Positions 1 through 10,400 of a DNA stretch of 64,000 nucleotides are shown here, in pieces. Made by a program: the position numbers and the translations under genes. The notes beneath the pieces were generated by a model. That model worked only from the letters and a program-made list of their open reading frames with translations, ran no database searches and was not told the DNA's origin. Positions within the stretch are counted from its first letter, which is position 1; each line of letters begins with the position of its first letter. The DNA is from Haliotis rubra (Eukaryota). Location of the stretch: NCBI RefSeq assembly GCF_003918875.1, contig NW_025767546.1:2232001-2296000 (forward strand), written 5' to 3'.

Positions 1-148
1 TGTGACGTCATGCAAAAGTGTACTTCAGAACAAAATTCTTCCGCAACCTCTTTATGAAACCGGTTTCGGTTTGAAACCATAACAATAACAAAAATACGCT
101 ATTTTGTCAATTCAATGCATGTAAGACGTGGGTAATAAATAAAATACC

Positions 149-282
149 ACACTCGGTCTCATTACATACGAATTATACGAAACTCGTGACCTTCCTATGG
201 TTTCTGACCTCGCTTTCGCTCGGTCAGATACCATAGGAAGGACACTCGTTTCGTATAATTCGTATGTAATGAGACCTCGTGT
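149..282. repeat. 134-bp imperfect palindrome (foldback element core)
   Basis: Arms GGTCTCATTACATACGAATTATACGAAAC / GTTTCGTATAATTCGTATGTAATGAGACC. Confidence 0.85.
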
Positions 283-640
283 CTCGGAGAGAATATTTTG
301 GTATGGTCGTTTGACCCCTGTCCCGCTTGAAGACTCGTGACGTCATTGTGATTGACTTTTCAATTGAAATTCTCCCGACTTGTTATGGTCTCATGATCCC
401 TCCATTAAAGTTTATATGTACCTTGACATTGTTATCGTACTTATCAACTGGGATAATATTTTGACAATGCACAGTTTCTTTATGTGGCTAGTGTACAATA
501 GCCTCGGAGAAATATGGCTGCTTAGTTGCCTTCTTTGCGCAAGGTTTGTTGTACCTGTGTGCAAGACCTACTGCCCACATCATTACTCTACCAATACTTT
601 GGCTTAAAACTTTCAACGCTACAGTATTGCTGAATGTGGA

Positions 641-753
641 CTGTCATCGCTTCCCAATCATCACTGGATTGTCTGGTCCAGACTCGAATATTTACAGACC
701 GCCGCCATATAGCTGGAATATTGCTGGAATAATGAGTTAAAACTAAACTCACT
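641..753 (+). mobile_element. Family A retroposon, 3' part
   Basis: Matches the family A 3' half and tail. Confidence 0.75.
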
Positions 754-1044
754 GAATGTGAACAGTCATGAAACCGCACACACACGGCATTATTACAAGA
801 ATTACCAGCAGTACATATTTCCAAAAACCTTCCCAACATCACAGAACTTTTCAGCGCTTAATACGCGGTGTATTGTTATACATATTGTGTGCCAAAATGT
901 TATTCTGCATTTGTAATGCTACTTTGTAATTGGATAACGTAACAAAATACGTCACAGCGAGATTTGCTCAACTAAATCCAGATTTGGATACACCCTTGAG
1001 ACCAATGCCATCTGTGAACGATTTCACTATTTAGCATCTTTCAG

Positions 1045-1275
1045 TGTGGGGCTCGGAACTTATCAACCCTGGCTGAAAACAATCCATGGGATTTAACAGG
1101 CGAAAGTAGGATTGCAATTGGTAATGGATTTAGAGAAATCGACAAATCTAACCATGAATTCCTCCAGATTGTAATACAGCTGGCGACGAGGGTGCCAAAG
1201 ATGGCAGCATACACGAGTTTCGAGGCGCACAAGCTAGGAAAAAACTTTGCAAGGTGGTTGGAAGTCCTAAAATGA
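1045..1275 (+). CDS. Possible terminal coding exon of an unidentified gene entering from the left
   Basis: catctttcag acceptor, then 76 sense codons (CGARNLSTLAENNPWDLTGESRIAIGNG...GKNFARWLEVLK*), with AATAAA at 1310-1315. No family recognised. Confidence 0.3.
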   Translation, partial: CGARNLSTLAENNPWDLTGESRIAIGNGFREIDKSNHEFLQIVIQLATRVPKMAAYTSFEAHKLGKNFARWLEVLK

Positions 1276-1662
1276 AAAAGGTGAAACATGAAATTACATA
1301 TGGGAAGAAAATAAAATTAACTCAGGATTTTCAGACTGCTCGAAATATCTAACACACATTATATGAATATATAGTGTCCGTTTCTATCGTCACAAAAAAT
1401 GAAAGCAAATGTCATCTGAATTTACTGAGAAAATATCTGAAATGTGGGGACATGGTATCCCCTTTGGTAGCAGTTGAGCTCCCCTTCTTGCTGTTCTGAA
1501 GAGATATTAAATAAACAGTATGCATCAAAGTAAAAACAAATAATCAAACCATGGAAAGTTTTAGATATATCGGTGATCATCGCACGCACGCACGCACGCA
1601 CGCACACGAACACGCACACACACACATACCGAATGTCGATTATATATGTTTCCTTCCTGAAC

Positions 1663-2115
1663 TACAGTCCGTTTGAGTCAGAAACGGACCGATGAATTGC
1701 AAATTTTATCATTGTACAAAATTGCCACATAAATATAAATAGTACACATGTTTATCATTTACTAATACCCTACAGCTTTCTTATATTCTTATACACAGCC
1801 AGGTGTGCGAGAAAGGATGGAGACGGCACAGCACAGGCTAATGAATCAATAACTTGGTGGGCACTTGTGCACGTGCTTCTCTAACACCTGGCTGTCCCTT
1901 TCTCTGCACTCCTCCCTCGTAACAAATAGTGAACTGTGTCTAAAGTTTAATGATATTTTCTTAAAGAACGTTTTTGGTGGAGTCCGGAAAATTTTCAAAT
2001 ATAAGAAAGCTGTAGGGTATTAGTAAATGATAAACATGTGTACTATTTATATTTATGTGGCAATTTTGTACAGTGATAAAATTCATCGGTCCGTTTCTGA
2101 CTCAAACGGACTGTA
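1663..2115. mobile_element. MITE with ~125-bp terminal inverted repeats (TA-flanked, Tc1/mariner-like)
   Basis: TA|CAGTCCGTTTGAGTCAGAAACGGACCGATGAATT...AATTCATCGGTCCGTTTCTGACTCAAACGGACTG|TA. Confidence 0.85.
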
Positions 2116-2372
2116 GTAAATATAAGATGCAAATGAAGCCGACTGTTTCATATGTAGATATTTGCATTAGATTCAGATTGACGAAACGTTCTCGACGGGA
2201 CTCTGACAAATGTTCCATTGTCAACGTTTCCTTCATGAGGAGAAATATGGCAACAGCTCCTGCTCCAGCCGATTTCATATCTACATTTCACAAATTCTGA
2301 GAGACTATCTTGTATGCTGTTCATGCGAAGATTTCTAAGAAAGCCATTCGACCCTTGCTCCAACCTGATGAG

Positions 2373-2660
2373 TCCGCCCGGAGAGCGGAAGGTCGCGGGT
2401 TCGATCCCCGACCGCGTCATACCAAAAGACGTTAAAATATGGTACTTGTTGGTCCCTGCCTGGCGTTCGGCATTAATGGGTACAACAAGGACTGGTCGGC
2501 TCGGAGTCAGTATAATGTGTCTGAGTGGGGTATTCATGCTTCACTGCGGCATGGCATCTCAGTGGGCTAGCACTATAAAACCAGCTTAAGTCTGGGCTAG
2601 TACCAGCAGCCGCACATACACATACACACGCATGCACGTCGTCAAATGAGCGAAATATTA
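2373..2660 (+). mobile_element. SINE family C, truncated at both ends
   Basis: Matches the 23307-23662 copy; flanked by direct repeat TCCAACCTGATGAG. Confidence 0.85.
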
Positions 2661-2759
2661 TCCAACCTGATGAGGGTTACAGCACTCTACGCTAAAAGCC
2701 AAGCTGTCAAAATGTTTTATGGTAGCCATGTGGAGGACATTTAACGAATCGGTGATGAA

Positions 2760-2988
2760 TGTTTGGTTGGTTGTTTTACGCCGCACTCAGCAATATTCCA
2801 GCTATATGGCTTCGGTCTGTAAATAATCGAGCCTCGACCAGACAGTCCAGTGATCAACAACATGAGCAGCGATCTACACAAATGGAATATAATGACATGT
2901 GTCAGCAAGCCTGACCACCCGATTCCGTTAGTCGCCTCTTTCGACAACCATGGGTTGCTGAAGATCAATTCTAACCCGGATCTTCACG
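2760..2988 (-). mobile_element. Family A retroposon
   Basis: Reverse-complement match; TSD TCGGTGATGAA. Confidence 0.85.
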
Positions 2989-3150
2989 AGTCGGTGATGA
3001 ACCTGATGTCTGATGCCCTTCCCTATTTCAAGTGAGACTTGACTTGCATTGTATTAGTGAGGCATGCCACCGGTAATATTACATTGTAATATAGTCACTA
3101 CACTGCTTGTAATCACGTTACATAGCCAAGTGAGTCTTCTTCCCACCATT

Positions 3151-3500
3151 AGGGGCGATGGCCTTGAGTGAGTGAGTGAGTTAATATTTAACGTCACATC
3201 GGCAATATCTCAGCCATATCGTGACGAAAACAATTTATACAATAAAAGGTGAAAACATTTGGAAGATTAAAACCTGTCGACAATGGACAGTAAAAATACT
3301 AGAGAATCACAGATATGAATATAAAACTAGCGAGGAAAGCTTTGATGGCCTTGTGGGTTAAATGTTTCCTCGTGACACCAAGGCCCGGGTTCGATTCTAT
3401 TTGGATACAACGCGTGAAGCCTATTACTGGTGTACCCTTATGTGGTTTGCTGGAATATTGCTAAATGTGGCTTGAAACCTTTCTGTCCAACTCACTCTTC
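3151..3500 (+). mobile_element. SINE family B interrupted by an antisense LINE-like 3' fragment (3167-3343)
   Basis: TSD GATGGCCTTG at 3157-3166 and 3344-3353; the insert ends in a (GAGT)n tail. Confidence 0.7.
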
Positions 3501-3659
3501 CCGTGATTTGTAGAGAGTCATGATCAGATTAGGACGACCAGCCATATTTCCGCATATTTGTCGGAACGGCCAATTAGATATGTGAATACATGTTAGGGCT
3601 GTCTATCAAAGATTCCAATACATGCAGGGACGATCGATCAAACATTCAGACGTACTTTT

Positions 3660-3850
3660 TGTTTAATTTTAACACCGATATATAGCAATATTCCAGCTAT
3701 AAGGCGGCAGTCTGTACATAATCGAGTCTGGATCAGACAATCCAGTGATGGACATCCATCATGGACATCAATCTGCGTAACTGAGATACGATGACTTGTG
3801 TCAACCAAGTCAGCGAGCCTGACCACCCGATCCTGTTAGTCGCCACTTAA
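3660..3850 (-). mobile_element. Family A retroposon, partial
   Basis: Reverse-complement match. Confidence 0.75.
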
Positions 3851-3970
3851 GAGCTTAAGAACCACGGTCTATAATGGTAAATGCATGTGCGATGTGATCA
3901 AGTGAGCGTGATTTTACGCCGCTTTGAGCAATATCACCACGGGGAACACAAGAAGTGGGCTGCACACTAC

Positions 3971-4086
3971 AGGGGCGTGTCACGCTTAGAAACAGCCTTA
4001 GAAAGACATATAGGTATATAGTACTAGGGTAGGGTCTATATACCTATATGTCTTTCTAACGCTATTTCTAAGCGTGACACGCCCCT
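3971..4086. repeat. 116-bp palindrome / mini-MITE
   Basis: AGGGGCGTGTCACGCTTAGAAA...TTTCTAAGCGTGACACGCCCCT. Confidence 0.85.
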
Positions 4087-4097
4087 TGTGGTTAAAG

Positions 4098-4290
4098 CCA
4101 TGCTTGTCATAGGAGGCGACAAAGGGGATCAGAATTGCCGACTTGGTAGACTGTATGACACATGTCATCGTATCCCAATCGCGTAGATCGATGTTCATGC
4201 TGTTGATCACTGGATTGTCTGGTCCAGACTCAATTATTAGCAGACCGCCGCCATATAGCTGGAATATTGCTGAGTGCGGCGTTATACAAC
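4098..4290 (+). mobile_element. Family A retroposon, just upstream of the ZP gene start
   Basis: Sequence match. Confidence 0.8.
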
Positions 4291-4449
4291 AATTTGTCAA
4301 ACCAGCTAACAGCTCTCTGTTAAAATAGAACCGATGCTTGGGTGCTGCCTTGATCATTCGCCCAAACGCACCTGTAACCCTTGACGGGAATTCACGTGGA
4401 ACACGTGCCGCTTCTGCCAGGATTGACTTGCTGATGTGAGATAGCGAAG

Positions 4450-4461
4450 ATGAGGTCTCAG
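4450..4461 (+). CDS. ZP-domain gene exon 1 (MRSQ)
   Basis: ATG AGG TCT CAG|gtaaga; phase 0, joins exon 2 into a signal peptide. Confidence 0.7.
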
Positions 4462-7400
4462 GTAAGAAAACCGTCGTTTTGATATCTTCTCAATTTGACA
4501 CTGACAATAACTTTGACACAAGGCAATATTGTAATATCTTCAAACCAGAAACTAGAGTATCTGACTGACTAATACACAGATTAATGTTAAGTAATAACTT
4601 GCATCGCGTCATTACTGAAATGTAAAAAAAACCCCAAACATCCCAGTGTTATATCCCTTATAGTTAAGCTGCAATATTGCTGAAGCGGCTGAAAGCAGCG
4701 TTCACTCACTCACTCACTCACTTCTAAGAGGCGAGGAGTAGGTTCGCTGACTCAGCTGATGCATGCCATCGTAACCCAATTGCGTGGATGTATGCTCATG
4801 ATGTCAATCACATGCCTGGTCAAGACTCGATTACTTACAGACTGCTGTCATTTAGCTTGAATACAGTTGGTTTAAATCGTGTATTTCATGGATGTTTTCA
4901 AGGCCAGTGGCTCGAGTCCAACAAGAATTGTCCTTTTTTAATTTTCAGTCTATAAAATGTGGTTTACTGTTTCACTGTATGCTGTCTACAGGTTCTCCTG
5001 TTGGTCCTGTCGTGCTTCACCCTCGCCTCGGTAAGTCACATCACGTCACGCCACGTCACGTCACGTCACGTCTCAACAAATCTGGGACCCGTGAAGATCC
5101 GGGGTAGAAAAGGTCTTCAGCAAACCCATGCTTGCCACAAAAGGCGACTATGCTTGTCGTGACAGGGATCGGGTGGTCAGGCTCGCTGACTTGGTTGACA
5201 CATGTCATCGGTTCCCAATTGCGCAGATCGATGCTCATGTTGTTGATCACTGGATTGTCTGGTCCATACTCGATTATTTACAGACCGCCGCCATATAGCT
5301 GGAATATTGCTGAGTGCGGCGTAAAACTAAACTCACTCACTCAACAAATCTGGGGCGGTGGAGTAGCCAAATGGTTAAAGTGTCCTCTAGTCACGCCGAA
5401 GACCCGGGTTCGATTCAACACATAGTGTGAAGCACCTTTCTGGTGTCCCCCGCCGTGATGTTGCTGGAACATTGCAGAAAGCGGCGTAAAACCTCACTCG
5501 CTCACTCTTAACACAATTAAATATCCAATCTGATTTGTGAAAACTGAAATCAGCAGTCGATGTCTCAGCACAAATGACTCCAGCGAGGATCATGCAGCTA
5601 CTGCTCAATATTAAACCCGTGAACTGCCGGGCTTGTCGTTAAAGGCGACTAACGGGATCGGGTGGTCAGGCTCGCTGACTTGGTTAACACATGTCATCGT
5701 ATCCCAATTGCGTAGATCGATGCTCATGCTGTTGATCACTGTACTGTCTGTTCCAGACTCGACTATTTACATATACATGTAGCCAGAATATTGTTGCGTG
5801 CGGTGTAAAACTAAACTCGCGCTATGAGATTTAACGGTATAATAATTTGATTTTTAAAATTGTTTTTTCTTCTACCAAGTGCGGAGACGTGGTTATCCGT
5901 GGAGAGGGAAGTCTCATCAAAGGTAGGTTTAATATTTCCAAGCGTCACATGCATTCTCGGGCACGTGCTTAGTCATGTTCTCAAGTGAATAATGAAGTTT
6001 GGGTTATTCCAATAAGGGAATAGACTCTTCTACTGGAACCACGGTGGTCTCCCTTTGCTGTGCAGAGTTGCGTGGAAGTGCTGTGGAAACGTGGATCTGT
6101 TCCCTCTAATTTAACCGGAATACTGTTCAAAGTGGCATCCGTGGAGGAATCTCTTTAACACATAACGAACTTGCGGAGAACTATTATTCTTTCAAAAGCC
6201 ATTTAGTAGTTGCCCTTGAATTTACACCATCAGATATTAAAGGCACTACTTCAAACCATACTTCTCTAAACATAAATAAGGCATTTCTCTCAACACTATC
6301 AGCCAAAAGGTAAGCTTTTGTACCATATAATATATTTTTTAAAAATACGTATTTAGATTGCAATATTAAATTAAAAAGTTCAAATGGATAAATGCAACGT
6401 TGCATTAAATCGACTCGCGCGCCCTCTACTGGCCGAACCCCATAGTTATGTCCCTTGGAGCGTTGTTTATGAATATTCAACGCAAAACTTGATTGGAACC
6501 AGTTCGGCAAACACCGACAACACCGCGTGCGACAGTTTTCTATGTACGGAGCAAGTGTTTACATTCCATATATGGCAAGTGTTCTCTGTTTAAAAGCTGT
6601 TCGCCACGAAGTTTTAATTATCGATTTTAGGCAAGTCGTAAGGGATAATATGTCTTTTATTGCATCAATAGGAAGCTAAAGTCGGTGCACATGCCCCAAT
6701 ATGTGTAATACTGGCCAAAATGTCGAAAATGTGTGAAATTGTGCCTTTGAATTTCAATTTGATAATTCTACATCCCTAATTTTGGGAATGGAAAGGTAGA
6801 ATTATGATCAAACTGCACTAATTTGTTAAATTCAGAAGTATTTCTCAACTGAAATCGTAAACTTTATAACATATTGAACAACATTAGAAACGCACCACAC
6901 TAAAATGCACCGACGATGCTCAGATATCATGGGTACATTTCAGTCTGACGGGGATATTTCGTATTATATGGGTGGTGCGTTTCTAATGTTGTTCAGTATA
7001 CAAATATCTCAACTCAGTTTTATAAGCTGCTTAGGGTGTGAGATATGTTCCGTTCCTGTTATAATACTTAGCATAGCGTATTAGGCACCGGAGTTTGTTT
7101 CCTAAAAGATTCATAGATTATTTCGGTTTTTGATATTTTTCTTCCAGTCCAGTCCGACTGTAGCAAAACAAGAAATGGCGTCACGACCATCACTCTTTAT
7201 GCAGACCAACCCGTTGTTGTGAACTTCGTTTGCAAAGGCGGCGTTGTCGTTTCGCCGAAAACACGAGACGGTGTGACATACGTCCAAACAGCTGCCTTCG
7301 TACCTGGTGCAGGACCTGTCTGTCTGTTTGAGGTAATTCAAGATGCTCAGCAACTTACTAGTGGGCTGATATTCGCATTAGAGTTGCCTCCCTTAGGTGT

Positions 7401-10400
7401 GACCGAAATTCATGATCGTTTCTAGGTTCCTAGTAAACGTCGCATTCAGCAATATTCCTGCTGTATGACAGCGATTTATGGTTTATTGACTCTGGACCAG
7501 ACAATCCAGTGATTAACATCATGGACGCCACAGACATAGTCGTTAAACAAACCTTTTAACCTGCTTCTTTTCATCATGTAACCCATGAAAATATGCAGTT
7601 ACCCATGCTTGTCATAAGAGGCGACTAACGAGATCGGGTGGTCAGGCAAGATTACTTGGTTGACACATGTCATCGTATCCCAATTTTGTAGATCGATGAG
7701 CATGCTGTTGATCACTGGAATGTCTAGTCCAGACTCGATTATTCACAGAACGCCGCCATATAGCTGGAAAGTGCGGCGTGAAACAACAAACCAGCCAAAA
7801 ATCAAACTTTCCATCATGTTCAGGCCAATTATCAGTGGCCTCTCATGTCAAGATTCCAAAGTTCAGGCTTTGTTGAAATAAGGAAGAATTTCCAACTATA
7901 CATGTGAAAATGAGGACTTGAGATTTAAATCATAAGTACAACTTGTTTTCCAGAAAATGGCAAGGGCCCAAGTATATAAACTGAAAGTAGAAGTCGCCAG
8001 AGGAAAGAAAGGGGGAACTTTCGTCGTGAATGACGATAACATCTTTCTCGTCACATGCAAATATGACTCTGAATCGAAAAATAGTACCACTAAGGAATAC
8101 ATTGACCTCGGGTAAGAATACGCATGGTTCAAATTCCATCTCTTATATGCTCACCCGTAATGATCCGGCTTAGACTTGATCCTCAGCTACTCATGCTTGT
8201 AACGGTACGGAGAGGTCAGGCTCGCAGACTTTATCGAATCCCAGCTGGTGATATCAATGGATAATTTCAGTTGCTGACTTGTCTTTTTGACTGGGTACAA
8301 TCAAGAACAAATCATTACTGTGGCCTACAATTTCTCTTCCTACAGAGGTTACTTGTCATATCTTCCCACGAACCTCTGTTCTAATACGGCCCTTTCATGG
8401 TGCGAGTGTTCAGAATTGTGATTGGTTGCAATCAGATTTAGTTGTGCAATCAGCGACGTTGTTTCAAAAGTGATCATTCGCAAGGCCTCGGTAATTTCCG
8501 TATGCTTCGGGAAAACTAGAACCTCTTCCCCTGCGCGATGCACAAACGTTTCTAAAAGACAGAACTCAGTCATATAAATGGCGTCTCCATCGCCCTCGTG
8601 GACAACGGACAAGTAAGCCATTAAAAGTCTTGTGTGTCACATCAACACAAGTCCCCGGCTGAGGAGGGATATTTGTGGCCCCACATTTGCTTGTATAAGA
8701 TCAAGTTGGATCTAAGTCGATTTAACATCTGTGCTGATTGGATAGAAAGAAGGGAGATAATTCGTTTTGCTATTTTTTGCCGCTAGGGGATTTTACGAGA
8801 ACCGGGAAATTTGGCCGTATTAGAACAGAGGTTCGTAGGAAGATATGACAAGTAACCTCTGTGGGAAGAGAATATGTATCTGGGTCTGGGCATTACACAT
8901 CAGTGAAGATCCGAATTAGAATTGGTCTTCAGCAACCCATGATTTTCGTAAGAGGCGGCTCTTGGGATAGGGGACCCGTGAAGATCCGGGGTAGAATAGG
9001 TCTTCAGCAACCCATGTGCTTGTCATAAAAAGGCGACTATCTTGTCGTAAGAGGCGACTAACGGGATCGGGTGATCAGTTTCGCTGACTTGGTTGACACA
9101 TGTCATCGGTTCCCAATTGCGCAGATCGATGCTCATGCTGTTGATCACTGGATTGTCTGGTCCAGACTCGATTATTTACAGACCGCCGCCATATAGCTGG
9201 AATATTGCTGAGTGCGGCGTGAAACTAAACTCACTCACTCACTCACTTGGGATAGGGTGGCCAGACTCGCTTACTTGCTTGACACGTCATCGTATCCCAG
9301 TTGCGTAGGTCGATGCTCGGGCTGTTGCTCACGTGATTGTCTGGCCCAGATTCGATTATCTAGTTTTGCTCTCCCGATGCTGCTAGATGAGTTGTGAGAT
9401 GAAAAACACATGGACGGCATAACATCGAATTAGAACAATCATCCCTTGCATGAAGTCGTGGCGGTGGGGTAGCCTTGTGGTTAAAGCTTTCGCTCGTCAC
9501 GCCGAAGACCCGGGTTCGATTCCCCACATGGGCACAATGTGACTCCCATTTCTGGTGTCCCCCGCCGTGATATTGCTGGAATATTGCTCAAAGCGGTGTT
9601 AAACGTAATTCACTCTCACTCACTCACTCGTACAAGTAGCATGACGTTAAATGACATGAATAGACTCGGATATTGATGCTTGTACTTTCAGACATTATAT
9701 TTTCGAGGAGATTTTTAAGAACAGTGGCTCAAGACTCAAAAGCATTCCAGTGGAACTGGCGGCCGTAGACGTAATTGGAAAACCAGTCAAAGACGCGTCA
9801 CTCGGGCGTATTGTGAAGCTCCGTGCAAAGGTTAAAGGTACTTGGTATATACCCTTCTGCAGCCCACGCTGTCGAGAGTACAAGGTATTGGTTTTTGCTT
9901 GAAAACTACGGTCCATTTGCCTTAACTGGTCCTACAGTACTGTCGGAAATAGAAAAAAAACCTCTTTTCACATTTATATCTACAAGTTAGGTAGTTAATA
10001 TGTGAAAGTGTGAAATATCTGTTGGACTAAGTTCGGCCTAACTACAGTCTCAGTGGTAGGGAGATAGGAAACGTTAAAAAAGGATTTTACTGAGGAGATA
10101 TTAGTGCAGAAATGAGCAATTCGGGTTTTTTCAGTCCGAAGAGACTTATTTGGAGCAGACCATGGCTTTATGCAAATTAGTGTGCAATGATATTGTATAA
10201 CAAATGGCACTTTTTGGATGTCAATTTTGAAATTAGACTTAGCTTCATAATAAACGATATCAGACGTAAAAAATAACAACTTTAATACTGAAACTATTAA
10301 GGATGTAGATACCATGGAGTCTCACTATCGCTATAAAAAGAAACAGGTAGGAGTGGTCGTCTCAAAAGCAACACCAAGACGGGTGTTGCTGACGGTAGTT

